Positions 56,238-64,000 of a DNA stretch of 64,000 nt are shown here, piece after piece. The notes under the pieces are model-generated. The model was not told where the DNA came from. It searched no databases and was given only the letters and a program-made list of their open reading frames with translations. Numbering within the stretch: the first letter of the stretch is position 1; every line of letters starts with the position of its first letter. The position numbers and the translations under genes were made by a program. Source of the DNA: Candidatus Eiseniibacteriota bacterium (lineage in GTDB: Bacteria; Eisenbacteria; RBG-16-71-46; CAVPCR01); assembly GCA_963823555.1 (NCBI GenBank), contig CAWGMA010000001.1, positions 704,001 through 768,000 of the forward strand. The letters run 5' to 3'.

Positions 56238-56680
56238 CGAACATAGGTGGAGTTCGACCGCCGCCCAGGTGATGGCGCTCCGTTGACCATCGCCTGGGCA
56301 GCGGCGTTTGGGCGGCTTGCGAACCCAGCGACAACCCGGTTTCCGAAAGTGGAAACGCGGTTGACGGTCGCAGATGGGGTGGGCGCGCGACCATCTGAGG
56401 AGCGCGTTCTCGAAGCGCTCACGCCTTCGTCCATCGGTCGCCTCGGTACGATTACTGCTCTTGGAATTGCAGCGGAGTGGACAGAGACTGGGACCCGGTG
56501 CCCGCCTGGCGGCCGGGCACGATGGCCCAGCCCGTCCAATGGACATCGGAGCGATGGATGTCTGAGCTGGCCACGAATGTTCCATGCGACCGCGCTCTCG
56601 GCGGTGTCGCGGTTGCTTGGTGTTGGCGGGGCGTTGGCAGCCCGGTTCGCTCGCTGGCTCCGGCATGGCCGGCAGAGCTG
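56238..56680. other. Non-coding stretch made of back-to-back hairpins (candidate structured RNA or decayed repeat cluster)
   Basis: Stems at 56263-56299 (13 bp, one G-U), 56332-56363, 56371-56397, 56400-56420, 56479-56537 and 56586-56610; no convincing ORF. Confidence 0.35.
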
Positions 56681-56692
56681 GGGCCTAGGTGG

Positions 56693-56803
56693 CGGGAGAG
56701 TCGCGAACGCGTTTGCAGCGGCGGGGCGGTCGCCGGGAGAGTCGCGAACGCGTTTGCAGCGGCGGCGGGTGACCGCGGACTCACGAACGCGTTTGCAGCG
56801 GCG
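56693..56803. repeat. Three tandem REP-like units with a palindromic core CGAACGCGTTTG
   Basis: CGGGAGAGTCGCGAACGCGTTTGCAGCGGCGG is identical at 56693 and 56734; the third copy (core at 56784) is diverged; periods 41 and 39 nt. Confidence 0.85.
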
Positions 56804-56925
56804 CGAACCCGGCCAAGCAGCGCGGCCGGGTCCGTTCGATGGGGGACCTTGAGCTCGAGCACCATGATGGTGATGATGATGGCGAGCACACCATCACTGA
56901 ATGCTTCGAGTCTGCCTCTCGTCAT
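56804..56925 (-). pseudogene. Truncated TMEM175-family K+ channel gene (first helix only)
   Basis: MTRGRLEAFSDGVLAIIITIMVLELKVP signature, after which the frame runs into the repeats. Confidence 0.8.
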
Positions 56926-57011
56926 CGATCCGACCTGGCCGCGTCACGCATAACCTGGGCCGACGGAGTCCGCGGTCCGTTCCGCCGTGCCCTTGAGGCA
57001 CTCCGTGCCCG

Positions 57012-57494
57012 CTACTTGGTCTCCGCCAGCGGCACCATCTTGGCCAGCTCGTAATCGACCTGCGCATCGAACTTGTTCTCGATCTGGAGGAATCGCGCCA
57101 GCTTCTGCGGCGGCAGGACACCTTCCATCTTCTTGAGGGTCGCACGGCGCAGCGCCAAGGCGTCCTCTGTGATGTCGAGCGACTCCGTGATCATCTTCTT
57201 GGCCTGGTCGTCGCCCAGCTTCTCGTAGTCGCGGGCAAACTCGGTGACGAGCGCCGCTCGGCGATCGCCGATCTTGACCACCTCGGCTTGATACTCGTCA
57301 TAGAGCGGCCAGAAGGCCTTGGCCTCGCTTTCCGTGAGGTTCAAGTTGGCCTCGACCTTCGCCTTGCGCTTGGCCTGAAGATCGGCGCGGGTGGTCTCGA
57401 GTGCGTCCTTGCGGCCGACCGTGCCCTCCTGCGCCAGGGCTACCGAACTCACGGCGAGGGCGAAAAGTACGAACAGGATTCCCATGCGTCTCAT
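57012..57494 (-). CDS. Exported helical protein (Spy/CpxP-like fold)
   Basis: Signal peptide; LNLTESEAKAFWPLYDEYQ...VLPPQKLARFLQIE; GGAGG RBS. Confidence 0.8.
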   Translation of the reverse strand: MRRMGILFVLFALAVSSVALAQEGTVGRKDALETTRADLQAKRKAKVEANLNLTESEAKAFWPLYDEYQAEVVKIGDRRAALVTEFARDYEKLGDDQAKKMITESLDITEDALALRRATLKKMEGVLPPQKLARFLQIENKFDAQVDYELAKMVPLAETK

Positions 57495-57796
57495 GGCTGA
57501 AAGACCTCCATTCCGTTCAGTGGCAATCACTGCAATTCCGTTTCGGGGATGAGGCTGTGCGCGGATCGGTTGGGGAGAGCGCAGCTTGCGCGTCAACACT
57601 GGACCGCCCTGCCATTGAAGACAGAGAAGGTTACTACCGGCTGCCCGGACGGTCAATCGATCCTGTCCAGGTCCCTTCCTGGTCCTTCCGCGCCCGACGC
57701 GCTATAATCCCGGCACCTACCGCCACCGACTGCCCAGTCCCGGGCCGGTGGCTGCCCGTCTACTCCGGCAACCGCCGCAACGGCACGGAGGCAGAT

Positions 57797-60700
57797 ATGG
57801 TTGCCCGCTTGCGATCGTCCCATCCTTCCCGTTTCCCATCGCCCGTAGGCACGACGGCCGTCGCCATCGCCGCGGCCCTCCTTCTCCTGGTCTCGACGGG
57901 CCAGGCCCTCGACCTCGGCTCGATCGACGCCGCGCTCACAAGCACGTGGGGTGCCGCAGCCGGCAGGACACCCGACTCCATTCCAACCACTGACTCCGAG
58001 CGTCTCCTTGGCGGCTGCTCCCTCATGCAGCTCGACGATGGCACGTTCGAGAACGGCTACGCCTACAACTTCTTTGAAGTGGCGCCACCCGACACCGGCG
58101 CTTTCGCCAAGCACTTCGAGTCCCCCTACCCCGACCCGACCGTGCTCCTCTGCGAGGCGCGATTCTTCTTCACCACCGTGCCCCAGTATCCGCAGGGGGC
58201 ATCGCTCTACACCGCGATCGTCTACGCCCACGATGCCCAGAACGGGAGGCCGGGAGCCGAGATCCTCCGCGTCTCCGGCATCGACCCCGGCGTCGTCCCC
58301 AACTTCCCCAGCTTCGTCGAGAGCACGGTCGACTTCGGCCAGGTCGAGGTTCCGCGCGAGTTCTGGGTCGCCTGGTGGCCGGAGTGGGCGGGGGCCGAGG
58401 CCGAGTGGTTCATCGGCGCCGACGAGAACGGCACCGAGCCCACGCCCGTCGACCACACCAACGCGCAGACCGCTCCCGGCTGGCTTCCGGTCAAGGACGC
58501 CGACTTCCCCAACTGCAAGAACCTGGCGATCCGCGCCGCCATGGCCGCCATCGACGGCCCCGAGCCCCTGATCCCGATCAGCGCCCAGGAACCGGCCGAT
58601 GCTGGTTGCCCGGCCTACTCCAACGCCACGCCCGACACCGCGCTCGTTTGCTCCTTCACGATCGCGGCGAGCGACCCCGCCGTGCCGTGGATCCGCATCC
58701 ACTTCGACCTCTTCGATATCGGACTGCGCGACTTCGTCCGCTTCACGAGCACCGAGACCGGCGACAGCTACGATGTCGAGGGTCGCGAAGCCGTGCTCTC
58801 ACCGCTCGAGTACTACTCGCTCTTCCTCGATGGGGACGAGGTCCTGGTCGAGCTCTACGCCGTCCCCGGCGGCGCCGGTGGCGGCATCCACGCCGACTTC
58901 ATCGATGTCGGCCTCATCCCGCCACCCTCCGACACGATATGCGGGGCCGACAACCGTCAGTCCTCGAACGACGCCCGGGTTGCCCGCCTCAAGATCAAGA
59001 AGAACGACGGCAAGACCTACGTCTGCACCGCCTTCCTCATCAGCAACAACGGCTGCTACGCCACCGCCGGCCACTGCCTCGATGGCGTCGATCTCACGAA
59101 GCCCGGGAACGTGGTCGCCCAGCACAACGTGCCGGCCTCGGATGCCGACGGGTCCACCAACAACCCGGGTGCCGCGGACCAGTACAAGATCGACACCGCG
59201 GTCACGCCTTGCTTCCGGAACAACGGGCGCGGCGACGACTACGGCGTCTTCAAGGCCAAGCCCAACGAGAAGACCAAGAAGAACCCCTCCCAGGCGCAGG
59301 GATCCCACCACGACCTCAAGGACTCGACGCCGAACGTCGGCGACACGGTCAAGGTCACCGGCCACGGTGCCGACGACGGCGCCGACAACTTCATCCAGCA
59401 GGACGACAGCGGCCAGGTCACCGGGGTCAACGGCACCACCATCGAGCACAAGGCCGATACCCGGGGCGGGAACTCGGGCGGCCCCATCACGAACGCCTCG
59501 GGTGGCGTGACCGGCATCCACACCCACGGCGGCTGCCGTTCGGACGGCACCGGCTCCAATGCCGGGACCAGCGTCACCAGCCAGGGCTTCCGCGACTGCG
59601 TCGATCAGGTGTGCGCCAAGGAGTGCCAGGTGCCGCCGACCGAGTCGGAACCGACAGTACCGGTCATCGCGACCGAGATCCTGTCGATGACCCTCACCTC
59701 GCCGCAGCCGATCCCGATCACCCTCACCGGCGAGCGGCCGCTCATCATGACCTGGGATCCGCCCATCGGCAGCTTGCCGCCCATCGTCGACATGGACCTC
59801 ATCATGCCTTCGCCCGGGCAGACGACATTGCCGCGACTCACCTGCGTCGGCCCCATCATCATCCGCACCGTCGACTCCCGGCCCTCGACCGGGCAGGCGG
59901 TGCCGCAGGGTTCATCTCCCTGCTTCCCGATGGATAGCTTCTTCGATGTCTTCGTCGAGGTGGAGATGCCGGGGCTCGGGCTCACGCTTCACAACGAGAA
60001 CCCGATCCACATCGCCGGCACCATCAACTCGATCCTGCCCTACGGCGATACCTACAGCCTCACGGATCCCGTACCGCTCGTCGATGGCAACGGCGCGCCG
60101 GCGGGTACGCTCGATGCCTGGAGCCTGACCCCGCAGCCGCCGATCGATTGCATCTTCGTCGGCGGGCTCTTCGGGATCGACTTCTTCGGCCAGCCCGACC
60201 TGATCCTGACCCCTGGCACCACCGGCATCCAGCACGATGCGGTGTTCTGGGACGGGGCGAACTGGGTGATCCCGACCGAGCTCGTCCAGATGGATCTTCG
60301 CGGCTTCAGCCCGGTGCTGGGCTCGGAGATCGTCGTCAGGGTCTTCCAGCCCGGACAGCCCAGCTACGGCAACATCGTCTTCGCCGGGCTGCCGTACCTC
60401 CAGTTCCCCGCCGAGAGCACCTTCGACGTGTTCTACGAGATCACGGTCGAGAACACGGGTCGCGTGCTCGTCACCGACGGTCCGGTTCACCTCCGGGATC
60501 CCGACGGCATCGGCGCGCTGCCGCCGCTCCCGGGCGACGTCTATCAAGGTGAGAATCCAGTCGCCCTGATCGATCGCGACACGCAGGAGCCGGTCGGCAT
60601 CCTCTTCCAGAACCAGCTCGATGTCGGCGCCTCCTTTGCCTGGACGCCGCCGCCGCCGGCGGGAATCGACGGCATCTGCAGCGTCTCGGAGCTCACCGTC

Positions 60701-61498
60701 GATACCGGTACCAGCGTGCAGACATTCGACGGGCTCGTGGGCGACATCGTGATCCGGCGGCTGGATCCGCAGCCGCTGCCGCAGCCTTGGGGCACCACGA
60801 TCCCGATCGAGATCCTCGAGCTCCAGCTCGTGAGCGCCGCCCCGATCGTCGTGACGACATCACCCAGCCCGCCGTCCACCGGGGCGCTCGTGCAGCCGGA
60901 TCCCGGGCCGCTCTTCCCGATGGACAGCTTCTTCGACGTCTTCATCACGATGACGTTCGAGGGGCGGACCCTCCACAACGAGCAGCCGGCGCGGCTCGAG
61001 GCGCCGGTGAATCAGATCCCGCCCCTCGATCCATATCAGCTCGTGGCTCCGGTCCAGCTCTTCGATGAGTTGAACCAACCGGCGGGGCAGCTCCTCAACT
61101 GGACGCTCGATCCCGAGCTACCGTACGATCCGAGCCCGTCGTGCCCGGTGGCGCTCGATTGCCGGAATCTCCCGACGACGGGGATCCAGGAGCCCGCGCC
61201 GAGTCCGACGCCGATCGCGCTCGTCGCGCTGCATCCCGCGGCCCCCAATCCGTTCTCGGGAACGACGGCGATCCAGTTCGATCTGCCGCGCGATGGACAC
61301 GTGGCGCTCCGCGTGTACGATGTCGCGGGGCGGCTGGTGCGGACGCTCCTCGATGAGGATCTCCGCGGCCAGTTCCGCCACGAGTACGTGTGGGATGGTC
61401 GCGACGGCCGCGGCCAGCAGGTCGGTTCGGGGATCTACCTCTTCCGGCTCGAGGCCGGGGGGCAGGAACTCCACCGGAAGGCGCTCCTCATCCGTTAG
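57797..61498 (+). CDS. Secreted multidomain trypsin-like (S1) serine protease with three 'FP.DSFFDVF' repeat domains and a FlgD-Ig/T9SS-like CTD
   Basis: Signal peptide; ICGADNR, CTAFLI, TAGHC, DDYG and DTRGGNSGGP; three repeats; PNPFS...YDVAGRLVR...WDGRD..G.QVGSGIY; GGAGG RBS. Confidence 0.85.
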   Translation: MVARLRSSHPSRFPSPVGTTAVAIAAALLLLVSTGQALDLGSIDAALTSTWGAAAGRTPDSIPTTDSERLLGGCSLMQLDDGTFENGYAYNFFEVAPPDTGAFAKHFESPYPDPTVLLCEARFFFTTVPQYPQGASLYTAIVYAHDAQNGRPGAEILRVSGIDPGVVPNFPSFVESTVDFGQVEVPREFWVAWWPEWAGAEAEWFIGADENGTEPTPVDHTNAQTAPGWLPVKDADFPNCKNLAIRAAMAAIDGPEPLIPISAQEPADAGCPAYSNATPDTALVCSFTIAASDPAVPWIRIHFDLFDIGLRDFVRFTSTETGDSYDVEGREAVLSPLEYYSLFLDGDEVLVELYAVPGGAGGGIHADFIDVGLIPPPSDTICGADNRQSSNDARVARLKIKKNDGKTYVCTAFLISNNGCYATAGHCLDGVDLTKPGNVVAQHNVPASDADGSTNNPGAADQYKIDTAVTPCFRNNGRGDDYGVFKAKPNEKTKKNPSQAQGSHHDLKDSTPNVGDTVKVTGHGADDGADNFIQQDDSGQVTGVNGTTIEHKADTRGGNSGGPITNASGGVTGIHTHGGCRSDGTGSNAGTSVTSQGFRDCVDQVCAKECQVPPTESEPTVPVIATEILSMTLTSPQPIPITLTGERPLIMTWDPPIGSLPPIVDMDLIMPSPGQTTLPRLTCVGPIIIRTVDSRPSTGQAVPQGSSPCFPMDSFFDVFVEVEMPGLGLTLHNENPIHIAGTINSILPYGDTYSLTDPVPLVDGNGAPAGTLDAWSLTPQPPIDCIFVGGLFGIDFFGQPDLILTPGTTGIQHDAVFWDGANWVIPTELVQMDLRGFSPVLGSEIVVRVFQPGQPSYGNIVFAGLPYLQFPAESTFDVFYEITVENTGRVLVTDGPVHLRDPDGIGALPPLPGDVYQGENPVALIDRDTQEPVGILFQNQLDVGASFAWTPPPPAGIDGICSVSELTVDTGTSVQTFDGLVGDIVIRRLDPQPLPQPWGTTIPIEILELQLVSAAPIVVTTSPSPPSTGALVQPDPGPLFPMDSFFDVFITMTFEGRTLHNEQPARLEAPVNQIPPLDPYQLVAPVQLFDELNQPAGQLLNWTLDPELPYDPSPSCPVALDCRNLPTTGIQEPAPSPTPIALVALHPAAPNPFSGTTAIQFDLPRDGHVALRVYDVAGRLVRTLLDEDLRGQFRHEYVWDGRDGRGQQVGSGIYLFRLEAGGQELHRKALLIR

Positions 61499-61643
61499 GA
61501 GGTCAGCGTCGAGAGTGACAGGCGGGGCTCTCGATCGAGCACCGCGGATGGGAGAGGGGGAGCCCGGCGCGGCTTCCCCTCTTCCCTTGGGGCGGCGCTC
61601 GTCTGGTAGGATCCGCCGCCTGGGCCTCTCAAGGGGGATCGCC

Positions 61644-62717
61644 ATGAAGAGACTGCTCGTCGAGAAGGATCGGAAGCTCCACCGCCTGCTCTGGCTCACC
61701 GCCGCGGCGGCCACCCTCGCCGTGACCGCCTGCAGTCGTGCCACCCCGCCCGAGCGCGATGTCCCGGCGAGGTATCTCGACAGCACCGGCCGCGCCGACG
61801 CCCTGAGCGGCGGCGTGCGCATGATCCCGATCGAAACGCCGAAAGGGACCTTCCACGTTTGGACCCGGCGCTTCGGGAACAACCCGACCATCAAGGTGCT
61901 GATCCTGCACGGCGGGCCGGGGATGACGCACGAATACCTCGAGGCCTTCGACAGCTACTTGCCCGCCGCTGGCATCGAGTACACCTTCTACGACCAGCTC
62001 GGCTCTTTCTACAGCGACCAGCCCGACGAGCCGGACCTGTGGGAGCTCCCGCGCTTCGTCGAGGAAGTCGAGCAAGTGCGGCAGGCGCTCGGTCTCGACC
62101 GCGACAACTTCTACCTCTACGGCCACTCCTGGGGCGGGGTCCTGGGGATCGAATATGCGCTCAAGTACCAGGAGCACCTGAAGGGGCTCATCATCTCCAA
62201 CATGATGGCCAGCATTCCCGCCTACAACGCCTACGCCGAGAGCGTGCTGATGCCGCAGATGGAGCCGGCCGTGCTGGCCGAGCTCAAGAAGATCGAGGCG
62301 GCGGGCGAATACGAGAACCCGCGGTACATGGAGCTCCTGATGGAGCACCATTATACGAAGCACATCCTTCGCATGCCCCTCGAGGAGTGGCCGGACGGGG
62401 TGAATCGCAGCTTCAAGCACGTCAACAACGCGATCTACATCCCGCTGCAGGGGCCGAGCGAGCTTGGCGCCAGCGGAAAGCTCGTGAACTGGGACCGCAT
62501 GGGGGATCTCAAGCAGATCACGGTGCCGACTCTCGTCATCGGGGCGCGCTACGACACCATGGATCCCTCGTACCTGGAGAAGATGTCGCGCGCCGTCGAG
62601 CGGGGGCGCTATCATTTCTGCGAGAGAGGAAGTCACCTCGCCATCTACGACGACCAGAAGTTGTACATGAGCGGCCTGATCCGGTTCCTCGACGATGTCG
62701 ATGCCGGACGCTTCTAG
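61644..62717 (+). CDS. pip: Proline iminopeptidase family alpha/beta hydrolase (probable lipoprotein)
   Basis: LAVTAC lipobox; LHGGPG, YDQLGS, GHSWGG, YDTM and GSHL. Confidence 0.88.
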   Translation: MKRLLVEKDRKLHRLLWLTAAAATLAVTACSRATPPERDVPARYLDSTGRADALSGGVRMIPIETPKGTFHVWTRRFGNNPTIKVLILHGGPGMTHEYLEAFDSYLPAAGIEYTFYDQLGSFYSDQPDEPDLWELPRFVEEVEQVRQALGLDRDNFYLYGHSWGGVLGIEYALKYQEHLKGLIISNMMASIPAYNAYAESVLMPQMEPAVLAELKKIEAAGEYENPRYMELLMEHHYTKHILRMPLEEWPDGVNRSFKHVNNAIYIPLQGPSELGASGKLVNWDRMGDLKQITVPTLVIGARYDTMDPSYLEKMSRAVERGRYHFCERGSHLAIYDDQKLYMSGLIRFLDDVDAGRF

Positions 62718-62847
62718 CGGGAGGCCGATCAGCCGTTAGGTCTTTGCCAGCTGGCGCGTTGCCCCGGCAGGCCGTTCCAGGCTATTCTTCGCGAGCCGGC
62801 GGGTTCGCGCCGGCTCGTCTTGGCGTTCCCCATGGATGGCGACCATC

Positions 62848-64000
62848 ATGAAAGCGACTTCATCCCCCTCGACAAAGGCGCAAGCCCAGACGGCGAAGGC
62901 CGCGGCCGCCGCTCCCGCTCGCCCCGCCGTCCGTGCCCCGCGCGGCACCGAGCTATCCTGCAAGGGCTGGCTCCAGGAAGCAGCCCTCCGCATGCTCATG
63001 AACAACCTCGACCCCGAGGTGGCGGAACGCCCCGCCGATCTCGTCGTCTATGGCGGGTCGGGTCGGGCGGCGCGCAGCTGGGAAGCCTTCGACGCGATCG
63101 TCGGTGAGCTCAGGCGCCTCGAGTCCGACGAGACGCTCCTCGTCCAATCGGGAAAGCCGGTCGGGGTGTTCCGCACGCACCCCCTCGCGCCGCGCGTTCT
63201 CATCGCCAACTCGAACCTGGTCCCGGCCTGGGGGACCTGGGAGGAGTTCCGGCGCCTGGAGAAGCTCGGTCTCATCATGTACGGGCAGATGACCGCCGGG
63301 AGCTGGATCTACATCGGCACCCAGGGCATCCTCCAGGGCACCTTCGAGACGCTCGCCGAGCTCGCGCAGCAGCACTACGGCGGCACCTTGGCGGGAAAGA
63401 TCACGCTCACCGGTGGCCTCGGCGGGATGGGTGGGGCCCAGCCCCTCGCCGTCACCATGAACGGCGGCGTCTGCATCGCGGTCGAGGTCGATCCTGGGCG
63501 CATCCAGCGCCGGCTCGAGACCGGGTACGTCGATCGCATGACCGACAAGCTCGAGGAGGCGATCCAGCTCGCCGAGGCCGCGCGCGCAGCACGGGAGCCG
63601 CTCTCGATCGCGCTCCTCGGGAACACGGCCGAGGTCTTGCCCGAGCTCCTTCGCCGCGGTTTCCATCCCGATGTCGTCACCGATCAGACCTCGGCCCACG
63701 ATGCGCTGAACGGCTACGTGCCGGCCGGCGTCTCGCTCGCGGCCGCGGCCGAGCTCCGGCAGAAGAACCCCGAGCTCTACATCAAGCGCGCCATGGAGTC
63801 GATTGCCACGCACGTCGGCGCCATGCTCGTGTTCCAGGAGCGGGGGAGCGTGGTCTTCGACTACGGCAACAATATTCGCGCTCAGGCGCGAAAAGCTGGT
63901 CTGGAGCGCGCCTTCGACTTCCCGGGCTTCGTTCCCGCGTACATCCGGCCGCTGTTCTGTCGCGGCAAGGGACCGTTCCGCTTCGCCGCCCTGTCCGGAG
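62848..64000 (+). CDS. hutU: Urocanate hydratase (3'-partial; alternative start 62836)
   Basis: [81 protein letters not shown] and FDYGNNIR. Missing from the ORF track because the stop lies outside the window. Confidence 0.96.
   Translation, partial: MKATSSPSTKAQAQTAKAAAAAPARPAVRAPRGTELSCKGWLQEAALRMLMNNLDPEVAERPADLVVYGGSGRAARSWEAFDAIVGELRRLESDETLLVQSGKPVGVFRTHPLAPRVLIANSNLVPAWGTWEEFRRLEKLGLIMYGQMTAGSWIYIGTQGILQGTFETLAELAQQHYGGTLAGKITLTGGLGGMGGAQPLAVTMNGGVCIAVEVDPGRIQRRLETGYVDRMTDKLEEAIQLAEAARAAREPLSIALLGNTAEVLPELLRRGFHPDVVTDQTSAHDALNGYVPAGVSLAAAAELRQKNPELYIKRAMESIATHVGAMLVFQERGSVVFDYGNNIRAQARKAGLERAFDFPGFVPAYIRPLFCRGKGPFRFAALSG

Noticed and set aside
56693..56803. Possible mini CRISPR array
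   Set aside because: Only about 9-12 nt separate the repeats, far too short for spacers; three copies only; no cas genes or leader.
62735..62741. GTTAGGT matching the attC core GTTRRRY
   Set aside because: Isolated 7-mer with no matching inverse core or hairpin upstream.

Overview
High-GC bacterial DNA. The gene content suggests an FCB-superphylum lineage such as Candidatus Eisenbacteria (inferred from several FlgD-Ig/T9SS-type C-terminal domains, a PorU/PorV-like pair and futalosine-pathway mqnD). Layout: (1) 1-11022 is an outer-membrane secretion-type gene run: partial C25/PorU-like peptidase, PorV-like barrel, two DUF5683-like paralogs, an NHL propeller, a ~1150-aa SprA-like barrel and an Omp85 protein, followed by mqnD, a lipoprotein, manC and a STAS protein. 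(2) 14661-20945 is a trimeric fibre-like surface protein plus a small CTD-bearing partner, divergent from an ECF sigma factor with an STT motif and its Ser/Thr kinase; the two targets share a promoter-like motif. (3) hutH, a second kinase and a small metal/fluoride transport cluster. (4) 27486-47808 is a run of about 33 small + strand genes (GNATs, methyltransferases, cupins, DUF1579, DinB, TfoX and others) with several decayed fragments and one attC-like remnant. (5) A CotH-like secreted protein, a ParE remnant, DinG, a DUF1254/1214 lipoprotein, a hairpin-dense non-coding stretch with tandem REP-like repeats that truncate a TMEM175 gene, a secreted trypsin-like protease with three repeated domains, a proline iminopeptidase and the start of hutU. 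I found no rRNA, tRNA, integrase, transposase or CRISPR array. All family calls come from motif recognition by eye, not from database searches.
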